Shown here piece after piece: positions 16,921-23,509 of a stretch of 24,330 bases of DNA. Under the pieces are notes generated by a model. That model was not told the origin of the DNA and searched no databases. It saw only the letters and a program-made list of their open reading frames with translations. The first letter of the stretch is position 1, and each line of letters begins with the position of its first letter. Source of the stretch: a virus (Duplodnaviria > Caudoviricetes); the IMG/VR virus record IMGVR_UViG_3300012953_000220, positions 1 to 24,330 of that record; one strand, written 5' to 3'. The position numbers and the translations under genes are program-made.

Positions 16921-17665
16921 TGAACACAATCATATTGATATAGATCAAGTCAATTCAGGAGATAATTTAAATCTCGGTATAGAACAAATTGGTCATACTA
17001 ATTTGGTTAAATTTTCATTTGATCATAACAATAATACTATAAATCTTTTACAATTAGGAAACAATAATTATATTGGTTGGACCGATTCATGGGGTTCTGG
17101 ATATAGTTGGGGTGGAGATTTAGATGGATTAAGTAATAATCTTGATATTCGACAAAAATGTTCTGTATCAAGTTGTGCTGATAATGACTTTCAATTTCAC
17201 GTTTTAGGCGATAATAATATAGTTAAATTCGGTCAAGGTTATTCATTAAACGATACTTCGAATTGGTCACCAACGTGGAATTACGATGGTAATGAGCCTG
17301 GAGGTAATTTTGTAAGGCTGGACATTCATGGTGATAATAATAAATTTGTTGGAAGTCAAAAAATGGATACCGCTGGTATTACACATTCAATCACAGCAAA
17401 TGTATATACCGATAATAACGACATGTTTATTAGACAAGCACAAAATGGAAATAAAACATTTACCATGACAATAAGAAATTCTAATGGAAATGACGTATTT
17501 GTTAATCAAAGAGATAACGGTGCTCATACCGCAGTAGTAAATTTATTAGGAGCATATCCTACAGATTTAGATCTTGTTCAAAAAGGAAGTACTGCTCAAT
17601 CTTATACATTATCTCAAAACTGTTTAACAGCCACAGGTTGCTCAATAAGCGTTACGCAAGAATAA
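16847..17665 (+). CDS. Secreted curlin-like beta-solenoid protein 2
   Basis: Signal peptide MKDKKILLL...VKA; IEQIGHTN, LLQLGNNN, LGDNN, HGDNN, LVQKG repeats. Confidence 0.75.
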   Translation: MKDKKILLLLAMVSLLLSSFVKAGDEHNHIDIDQVNSGDNLNLGIEQIGHTNLVKFSFDHNNNTINLLQLGNNNYIGWTDSWGSGYSWGGDLDGLSNNLDIRQKCSVSSCADNDFQFHVLGDNNIVKFGQGYSLNDTSNWSPTWNYDGNEPGGNFVRLDIHGDNNKFVGSQKMDTAGITHSITANVYTDNNDMFIRQAQNGNKTFTMTIRNSNGNDVFVNQRDNGAHTAVVNLLGAYPTDLDLVQKGSTAQSYTLSQNCLTATGCSISVTQE

Positions 17666-17675
17666 TTAATGTGTA

Positions 17676-17897
17676 ATGAAAAAGCCAATATCAAAGGTAG
17701 AAAGAACATTTTCTACCGAAATACGTATGCCTTATCAAGACGCTATTGGTTTAGTTCTTCATATGATAGATTATCATTATTCTCAAATGATTAAATATCC
17801 AGAAGAAAAAATATTTCATGAGAAACAAGCTTTAAGATTGAAAAATTGGTTAATTGATATGAAAGCTTGGATACACAAACAAGAAGAAAAAGAATGA
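17676..17897 (+). CDS. Small cytoplasmic hypothetical protein
   Basis: 73 aa, ATGA overlap with the cyclase start. Confidence 0.75.
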   Translation: MKKPISKVERTFSTEIRMPYQDAIGLVLHMIDYHYSQMIKYPEEKIFHEKQALRLKNWLIDMKAWIHKQEEKE

Positions 17898-19762
17898 AAT
17901 ATATCACATCATTTTGGACAGTTGCTGCTGTCATTGCATTAGGTTTATTAATTCGAGTGGCCGATATCAAACCTGTTGAACAAATACGTTTGATGGGTTT
18001 TGATGCTAAAATCCAATCTATTCCCAAAACAAAATCAGAAGATATCGTTTTACTTGATATTAGTGAAGAAACTCTTGGTGAGTGGGGACAATATCCATTA
18101 CCAAGACAATACTATGCACAAATTATTTCTGATTTAATTAATGCAAACGGTGGAATCAAGGCCTTCACAATTATGTTTCCTGAGCCCGATCGATTAGGTG
18201 GAGATCCTGCATTTGAATCGTGGATTAAAGGTTCTGGCGTTGTTCTATCACAAAAAGCCGATGCTCGAGGAAGAAATGATGTAGCTCCATACGTAGGTAC
18301 TGCCCAAGCCGGAGAGGGAGATCCGTATCAATTTGTACAGAAATATAATAAGATACTAACAAACATTCCTATGCTAGAAGATGACGCATGGGGCATAGGG
18401 ATGATAAATGTATCACCAGAAATCGACGGATTGGTAAGAAGAATGCCTCTAGTTGTACAGGCAAACAATATGCTATATCCTTCTCTTCCTGTCGAAATAA
18501 TACGAGCAGAGAAACAAACAAAAGGTTATACAATAAAAACAGAAGAAACTGGAGTAGTGGATCTGTTTATACCACCACGATTATATGCTGAAACTGATAG
18601 TGTTGGAAGGGTTTGGATTAATCCTTCAATAGAGTTTGATCGTTATTCTGCTGGAGTGGATGTTCTTCCAGATCTTCAGGGGAAAACAGTTCTGATTGGA
18701 GTTTCTGCTCTCGGGATAGTGCCACAGAGTCCGACTCCGTCAGGGTTAAAGCTTCCTCATGAGATTCAAGCATCTGTTCTTGCGACAATCCTGGAAGGTG
18801 GTCTTGAAACTTCGAAATCAATAATCCGTCCGGTTTGGGCGAATCTGATGGAAATAAGTCTAATTCTAATTGGGTCTCTGTTAATTCTGGTATTTTCATA
18901 TCGTTTTTCCGCATATTATGGTGCCTTCTCCTTTTTGACAGCTGTCGTGTTCGGTTACTTTTCCTCAGCCTATTTCTGGACGAATTCAATGTATCTCCTT
19001 GATTGGACATTCGCTATAATACTATATATAATAGTTTTCGCGCATGCAAGTTTTAATAATTTTTGGATTCAGTTTAAACTTAGACAACAAATTAAAGGTC
19101 AATTTAGTACATATCTATCACCAGATATGGTTAATATGTTAGTTAAAGATCCAAGTTTAATGAAACTTGGAGGTGATAGAAAAAAAATGACATTCCTTTT
19201 TATGGATATATGTGGATTTACACCGATATCGGAACATTATAAAAACAACGATGATCCTGAAGGATTAGTAGAATTAGTCAATGAATTTCTCGATGCAATG
19301 ACAAAAATCATTCTCAAAAATGGAGGAACAATTGACAAATACATGGGGGACTGCATAATGGCATTTTGGAATGCGCCATTACCTTGTCAAAATCATGCTG
19401 AAATGGCAGTGAAATCAGCACTTGAAATAGAAGAAAAAACTAATGAACTTAAAGCGATTTATAAAGAACGCGGCCTTCCTGACATTAACGTTGGGACTGG
19501 TATTAACACCGGGGATTGTATTGTTGGTAACATGGGTAGTGAATCCAGATTTGACTATTCGGTTATTGGAGATGCAGTCAACCTTGCAGCACGATTGGAG
19601 GCTACCGCTGCTCGACATGAATACATAGATTATAAGACTATAATATCATCGTATACATATAAAGAACTCCCGTCCGGGTATGTCTCTCAAGAGATTGGAC
19701 AAATCAAAGTAAAAGGCAAAGAAGAGCTAATTACAATATACTCCCCAAAAGCAGTAAATTAA
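17894..19762 (+). CDS. CHASE2-domain membrane class III adenylate cyclase
   Basis: N-terminal TM, CHASE2 motifs (IVLLDISEETL..WGQYP.PR, FPEPDR, DGLVRRMP), three TMs, catalytic FMDICGFT, IDKYMGDC, YSVIGDAVNLAARLE, VKGK. Confidence 0.93.
   Translation: MKYITSFWTVAAVIALGLLIRVADIKPVEQIRLMGFDAKIQSIPKTKSEDIVLLDISEETLGEWGQYPLPRQYYAQIISDLINANGGIKAFTIMFPEPDRLGGDPAFESWIKGSGVVLSQKADARGRNDVAPYVGTAQAGEGDPYQFVQKYNKILTNIPMLEDDAWGIGMINVSPEIDGLVRRMPLVVQANNMLYPSLPVEIIRAEKQTKGYTIKTEETGVVDLFIPPRLYAETDSVGRVWINPSIEFDRYSAGVDVLPDLQGKTVLIGVSALGIVPQSPTPSGLKLPHEIQASVLATILEGGLETSKSIIRPVWANLMEISLILIGSLLILVFSYRFSAYYGAFSFLTAVVFGYFSSAYFWTNSMYLLDWTFAIILYIIVFAHASFNNFWIQFKLRQQIKGQFSTYLSPDMVNMLVKDPSLMKLGGDRKKMTFLFMDICGFTPISEHYKNNDDPEGLVELVNEFLDAMTKIILKNGGTIDKYMGDCIMAFWNAPLPCQNHAEMAVKSALEIEEKTNELKAIYKERGLPDINVGTGINTGDCIVGNMGSESRFDYSVIGDAVNLAARLEATAARHEYIDYKTIISSYTYKELPSGYVSQEIGQIKVKGKEELITIYSPKAVN
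18618..19010 (-). CDS. Possible antisense (overprinted) ORF inside the cyclase gene
   Basis: 130 aa open frame, TATATATA late-like box upstream, coincides with atypical codon usage of the sense gene. Confidence 0.3.
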   Translation of the reverse strand: MSNQGDTLNSSRNRLRKSNRTRQLSKRRRHHNMRKNDMKIPELTETQLELDLFPSDSPKPDGLLISKFQDHLPGLSQEQMLESHEEALTLTESDSVALSREQKLQSELFSPEDLEEHPLQQNNDQTLLKD

Positions 19763-19770
19763 CAATCCAA

Positions 19771-19880
19771 GCAGGGCTTCATTGCTCTGTGAGCGGGTGT
19801 GCGTTTTAAAATAAGTATGAAGGTACTTGCTAAGAACGATGCACACCAGGCTCTTATTCTCTGGTGTTATATCTTTATTC
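19771..19880 (+). ncRNA. Structured intergenic RNA / terminator with alternative folds
   Basis: GC-rich island with hairpin 19771-19790, long stem 19791-19853 and competing terminator-like stem ACACCAG/CTGGTGT. Confidence 0.45.
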
Positions 19881-19899
19881 TAAAAAAATATTAAAAAAA

Positions 19900-19929
19900 C
19901 ATGTACTTTTCCGGTGGGTATGGTATAAT
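19900..19929 (+). promoter_or_regulatory. Early promoter P5 (TGTACT-N16-TATAAT)
   Basis: A-tracts, CATGTACTTTTCCGGTGGGTATGGTATAAT, downstream AAGGA SD. Confidence 0.85.
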
Positions 19930-19962
19930 AGCCCTATTAAATAATTAAATAAGGACTAAATT

Positions 19963-20184
19963 ATGAAAAACGGATTAAAATGTACGCATCTTGCTACAGG
20001 ATATCCAGTTGATATCCCTTTGAATTACAAAGAGATGCAACTTGCAATGGACAAATCTGATAAACAAAATGACTCATGGGAAATTATGTGTGCATTAGTT
20101 TTAGATAGATGTGGAATAGAAATTATTGATCAAATGGAACTTGATCAAATCATTGTTGAAGGATCACCGAGACCACTACATTGA
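19963..20184 (+). CDS. Hypothetical early protein (HLATGYP motif)
   Basis: SD AAGGA; follows P5. Confidence 0.8.
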   Translation: MKNGLKCTHLATGYPVDIPLNYKEMQLAMDKSDKQNDSWEIMCALVLDRCGIEIIDQMELDQIIVEGSPRPLH

Positions 20185-20531
20185 TTTATACTATCGAAGG
20201 TAGATATAAAAATAAAGCTGCTGTAGATCAATACATGGATAATCTCTGCAAAGAGCTTAAACTATTCAAAAAATTAGAAATTGATATCATCTTTAAAACT
20301 AAACTTCAAGGTGATTGTCAAGGTCTATGTACTGATGGAGATCCTATCGAGATTGAAATAGCAAGAACTCAGCATAATGAACCATTATCGTTTTTTGAAC
20401 AAATGTGCACATTAGCACACGAAATGGTTCACGTTAAACAGTTTATGAGAGGTGAATATCCTTCAGAGCGCGAGGCAAAGGATCGTGAATATCATTTGTT
20501 TGGTAAATGTTTTCCATGGCACATGGTGTGA
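20181..20531 (+). CDS. Zinc metallopeptidase-like protein (HExxH)
   Basis: TLAHEMVHVKQ plus downstream E.EA; TTG start overlapping the previous stop. Confidence 0.8.
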   Translation: MIYTIEGRYKNKAAVDQYMDNLCKELKLFKKLEIDIIFKTKLQGDCQGLCTDGDPIEIEIARTQHNEPLSFFEQMCTLAHEMVHVKQFMRGEYPSEREAKDREYHLFGKCFPWHMV

Positions 20532-20547
20532 CATATATATCACAATA

Positions 20548-20577
20548 TGAAAAAAAGTGAAAAAAAAGTGAAAAAAG
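20548..20577 (+). repeat. Tandem 10-bp repeat (TGAAAAAAAG)x3, phased A-tracts upstream of P6
   Basis: Three exact copies read directly. Confidence 0.9.
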
Positions 20578-20607
20578 CATGTACATTCCCGGTGGGTATG
20601 GTATAAT
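20578..20607 (+). promoter_or_regulatory. Early promoter P6 (TGTACA-N16-TATAAT)
   Basis: CATGTACATTCCCGGTGGGTATGGTATAAT; AAGGAG SD before ATG 20643. Confidence 0.85.
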
Positions 20608-20642
20608 AGGCAGTATAAACAAAACAAATTAAGGAGTGTTTT

Positions 20643-21128
20643 ATGAAATTAGTTATCCACACACAATATAGAGAAAATTACGCAGCTCATAATGAAGATT
20701 ATGATCATGGTGTAGATACACCTCATTGGAAATTTAAAGGTGGTTCTACTTACGTAGTTCCTAACTTTAAGGATTATAGTAATATTACTGAGGTTATGAA
20801 AAACCTTAGTGGTCTTATTACTTATGGCAATCCTGCTTCTGAGGAATATATTCTCGATTGGGAAGTTGTTGAAGATAACAAACAAGTTTGTGATTCTTGG
20901 GAAACTGTTACTCAAATCTTCATTAGTGAAGATAAAGTAACTGCTCTTAAAGTTACAGATAACCGTGAAGATGGTTGGATGAGAGATGAAATCTTAGAAA
21001 AGACTGAAGCATGGACAATGCTTCCTGAGTCTGAGAGATCAGAATATAGTGCATCTTTCTTAATGAAAGATGGAGATATTTGTGATACTCAAGATGAGTT
21101 AAAAGAATGGTTCGAGGTAGCTGCATAA
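20643..21128 (+). CDS. Hypothetical early protein
   Basis: TQYRENY...WKFKGG.TY motif; strong SD. Confidence 0.85.
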   Translation: MKLVIHTQYRENYAAHNEDYDHGVDTPHWKFKGGSTYVVPNFKDYSNITEVMKNLSGLITYGNPASEEYILDWEVVEDNKQVCDSWETVTQIFISEDKVTALKVTDNREDGWMRDEILEKTEAWTMLPESERSEYSASFLMKDGDICDTQDELKEWFEVAA

Positions 21129-21154
21129 AAAAAGTGAAAAAAAGTGAAAAAAAG
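21126..21154 (+). repeat. Phased A-tract repeat (TGAAAAAAAG, two full copies plus one partial) upstream of P7
   Basis: Same unit as at 20548-20577. Confidence 0.88.
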
Positions 21155-21185
21155 CATGTACTTTTCCGGTTTTATGTGGTATAAT
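21155..21185 (+). promoter_or_regulatory. Early promoter P7 (TGTACT-N17-TATAAT)
   Basis: CATGTACTTTTCCGGT...GTGGTATAAT. Confidence 0.85.
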
Positions 21186-21224
21186 ATCCCTATATTAAAT
21201 AATAAAACACTGTAAGGAGTGAAT

Positions 21225-21527
21225 ATGAAAAAAAGTGAAATAGTAAAATTAGCAACTTTGATAGCTAATATCGATGATAGAGAAACAATGAATAACGTTA
21301 TCTCTTTAATTAAAGATCAACAAAAAATTGTAAGAGCAAAAGCTACTATAGTTGCAAAAGCGACTTTAGTAAAAGGTGCTCTTGTTAAAGTTGTTGGTGG
21401 AAAAAAAATCAAACGTCAAGAAGGTACCGACGTTGGTACACTTCTTAAAGTTAATAGAACAAGAGCTGATGTTCAAATTAACGGTTCAACTTGGACAGTT
21501 CCAATGACAATGTTGGAGGTTCTATAA
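21225..21527 (+). CDS. Basic hypothetical protein with SH3/KOW-like C-terminus
   Basis: SD TAAGGAG; G.LLKVNRTRADV...WTVPMTML. Confidence 0.78.
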   Translation: MKKSEIVKLATLIANIDDRETMNNVISLIKDQQKIVRAKATIVAKATLVKGALVKVVGGKKIKRQEGTDVGTLLKVNRTRADVQINGSTWTVPMTMLEVL

Positions 21528-21832
21528 TGAGACATTCAAATAATTATGTATTCACTGCGCACACTGAAAGCGCAGCTGATATGATCGAATTAGCAAATAT
21601 ACGTAAATCAATATCAATTGTAAACGCAGAGCTTCGAAGATTTAAATATGGTTCCCGTCGAAAGAAAGACGGGTATGGGAGTGAAAGCTACCATCAATTC
21701 TATGTTAAGTGTCAAGGACGTGGTGCTAGAACTAGTGCTGCTCTTGCCGATGGTAAGCGTGCTAGACAATATGATCAATCTCTTCCCCTTAGGCATGCTG
21801 AGCGCATGGACGTTTATGTTTATCAGAGGTAG
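21527..21832 (+). CDS. Hypothetical basic protein
   Basis: Start at TAATG overlap; YVKCQGRG...DVYVY. Confidence 0.78.
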   Translation: MRHSNNYVFTAHTESAADMIELANIRKSISIVNAELRRFKYGSRRKKDGYGSESYHQFYVKCQGRGARTSAALADGKRARQYDQSLPLRHAERMDVYVYQR

Positions 21833-21836
21833 AAAA

Positions 21837-22013
21837 ATGTACGTAGTAAGATTAGAACATATAGCAACGGGATATCCAAAACAAGTGAAAATCAGTTTTG
21901 TTGATTATCTTTTATTTAAATTATTTCCAAATTTCATGTGTAATGGATTGGAAAAACAAATGAATATTTCAATTGATTATGAATTCTTTTATAATGGAGT
22001 AGATCATGTATAG
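21837..22013 (+). CDS. Hypothetical protein (HIATGYP motif, paralog-like to 19963)
   Basis: Start reassigned to ATG 21837 with GAGGT SD; MYVVRLEHIATGYP. Confidence 0.65.
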   Translation: MYVVRLEHIATGYPKQVKISFVDYLLFKLFPNFMCNGLEKQMNISIDYEFFYNGVDHV

Positions 22014-22434
22014 TTTTGAATATCCAACTCAAGTTGAATTTGAAAATCGAGAAGGTATGAATGATTCTGGAGGATCTAGACAAGGAAGTGTTGAAGCTTC
22101 TTTTGCAATGTTAGAAAGTGCATTAGGTAAACCAGATTTCGAAGGAATCGGTGATAATATCACTACACAATTTGTTGTAAAAGCAATGTTTTTTGATAAT
22201 AATGATACTGATTTTGATCATATTACTTTTTCATTATATGATTGGCATTATTCTAGAAATCTAAATGATAACTACGCTAAGACTACATGGAATGTAGGTG
22301 GTGAAGGATATGGATGTGTAGAAGCTGCAGATCTTTTTATAGAATGTATTAATGGTTACTATTTAGAAAGTATCGAAGGTACTATAATTGACCTTCAAGG
22401 TAACGAATTTGAAGTACAATGTTTAACTTCTTAA
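22006..22434 (+). CDS. Hypothetical acidic protein
   Basis: GGAG SD; LGKP...FSLYDW...WNVGG pattern of a widespread phage family. Confidence 0.8.
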   Translation: MYSFEYPTQVEFENREGMNDSGGSRQGSVEASFAMLESALGKPDFEGIGDNITTQFVVKAMFFDNNDTDFDHITFSLYDWHYSRNLNDNYAKTTWNVGGEGYGCVEAADLFIECINGYYLESIEGTIIDLQGNEFEVQCLTS

Positions 22435-22532
22435 ATAAAATTTTAGATACGATATCAAATATCATTATAGCAATACTGAAATATGGTGCTTATATAGTGA
22501 TATTTTATATAATATTTTTAATATTTGCTTAA
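22419..22532 (+). CDS. Hydrophobic micropeptide (37 aa, not in the ORF track)
   Basis: MFNFLNKILDTISNIIIAILKYGAYIVIFYIIFLIFA; ends just before P8. Confidence 0.5.
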   Translation: MFNFLNKILDTISNIIIAILKYGAYIVIFYIIFLIFA

Positions 22533-22537
22533 AAAAG

Positions 22538-22568
22538 CATGTACAAATGATAACGGATATGGTATAAT
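22538..22568 (+). promoter_or_regulatory. Early promoter P8 (TGTACA-N17-TATAAT)
   Basis: AAAAAAGCATGTACA...TGGTATAAT; AAGGAG SD before ATG 22601. Confidence 0.85.
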
Positions 22569-22600
22569 ATCCCCTATAATAAACACAAAAGGAGTGTAAA

Positions 22601-22894
22601 ATGGATAGATTAGCTTTAATAAAACAAATCGCAGAAAAGAAAGCTGAAGAAAAAAGCTTCCAACAAACGATCAAAAACTTAGATGCTCGTAAAGCAGCAC
22701 TAAAAGAAAAAACAAAGCTACATAAAAAACTGACTCGATCAATGAAAAAAGCTGGTCATCAATCAGTAGGTAATTTAGAATTGAATGCTCCTGAGAATAT
22801 GTATTATTCAGATAAGGACACTGCTAGATTCCTCGAAAATTCTAGCATAATGGATGCGTATAACGCACAAAAATTTACAGATGATTGGAGTTAA
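22601..22894 (+). CDS. Hypothetical early protein
   Basis: Strong SD, follows P8. Confidence 0.8.
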   Translation: MDRLALIKQIAEKKAEEKSFQQTIKNLDARKAALKEKTKLHKKLTRSMKKAGHQSVGNLELNAPENMYYSDKDTARFLENSSIMDAYNAQKFTDDWS

Positions 22895-22895
22895 A

Positions 22896-23072
22896 ATGGA
22901 AGGTTTAAATTTAGTGACCGACATACTAGAAAAAATAGTCGGTCAATTGGACACAATAGAAAACAAATTGTGTGAAATAGATTCAAACGTTGATAGTGCT
23001 AAATCAGATATTAATTCACTTGAAGGTGATGTATCAGATATTAGATCTACTGTCGATAGTTTAGAGAGGTAA
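22896..23072 (+). CDS. Small acidic coiled-coil protein
   Basis: Start reassigned to ATG 22896 (GGAG SD); clear heptad periodicity. Confidence 0.75.
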   Translation: MEGLNLVTDILEKIVGQLDTIENKLCEIDSNVDSAKSDINSLEGDVSDIRSTVDSLER

Positions 23073-23074
23073 TA

Positions 23075-23509
23075 ATGAAAGTAATTTTTGATGTAGATGG
23101 AACTCTTATGGATATCGAACATAGACGAGTACATCTTCAAAATGGTAACAACGATTGGGAAGCATTTAACAATGCTATGGTGCATGATACACCAAACTTT
23201 CCAATCATGCATATCGCAAGAGATATGTCAGATGTTGGTCATGAGATCGTAGTTTGCTCTGCAAGAAACGAAAGACATAGAGAAATCACTGAATCACAAA
23301 TCAGAGATTGCGGTGTTGACTTTATGCATCTTTTCCTTAGACAAGATGATGACTTTAGACCTGACGAAGTATTCAAGCAAGATGTTCTTGATGCTCTTAT
23401 CGAGAACGATTGGAAACCTGATCTTGTATTCGATGATAGAAACAAAGTTGTTGATATGTGGAGAAGAAACGGTTTGACTTGTGTTCAAGTTGCCGAAGGA
23501 GATTTTTAA
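23075..23509 (+). CDS. Stand-alone PseT/PNKP-type 3'-phosphatase (HAD domain)
   Basis: FDVDGTL, CSAR, DFRPDEVFK, VFDDRNKVVDMWR..GLTCVQVAEGDF. Confidence 0.88.
   Translation: MKVIFDVDGTLMDIEHRRVHLQNGNNDWEAFNNAMVHDTPNFPIMHIARDMSDVGHEIVVCSARNERHREITESQIRDCGVDFMHLFLRQDDDFRPDEVFKQDVLDALIENDWKPDLVFDDRNKVVDMWRRNGLTCVQVAEGDF

Noticed and set aside
17894-19762. Pycsar/CBASS defence cyclase
   Set aside because: CHASE2-TM sensor architecture, adenine-specifying Lys and no adjacent cNMP-binding effector
12194-19762. Bacterial contamination or chimeric host DNA
   Set aside because: T4 late boxes at 11902 and 12953, tight gene overlaps and similar composition tie it to the phage; the usual bacterial operon partners are absent
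20548-21185. Repeats as a CRISPR array
   Set aside because: Units are A-tract/promoter sequences separated by whole genes, not constant-length spacers; no cas genes
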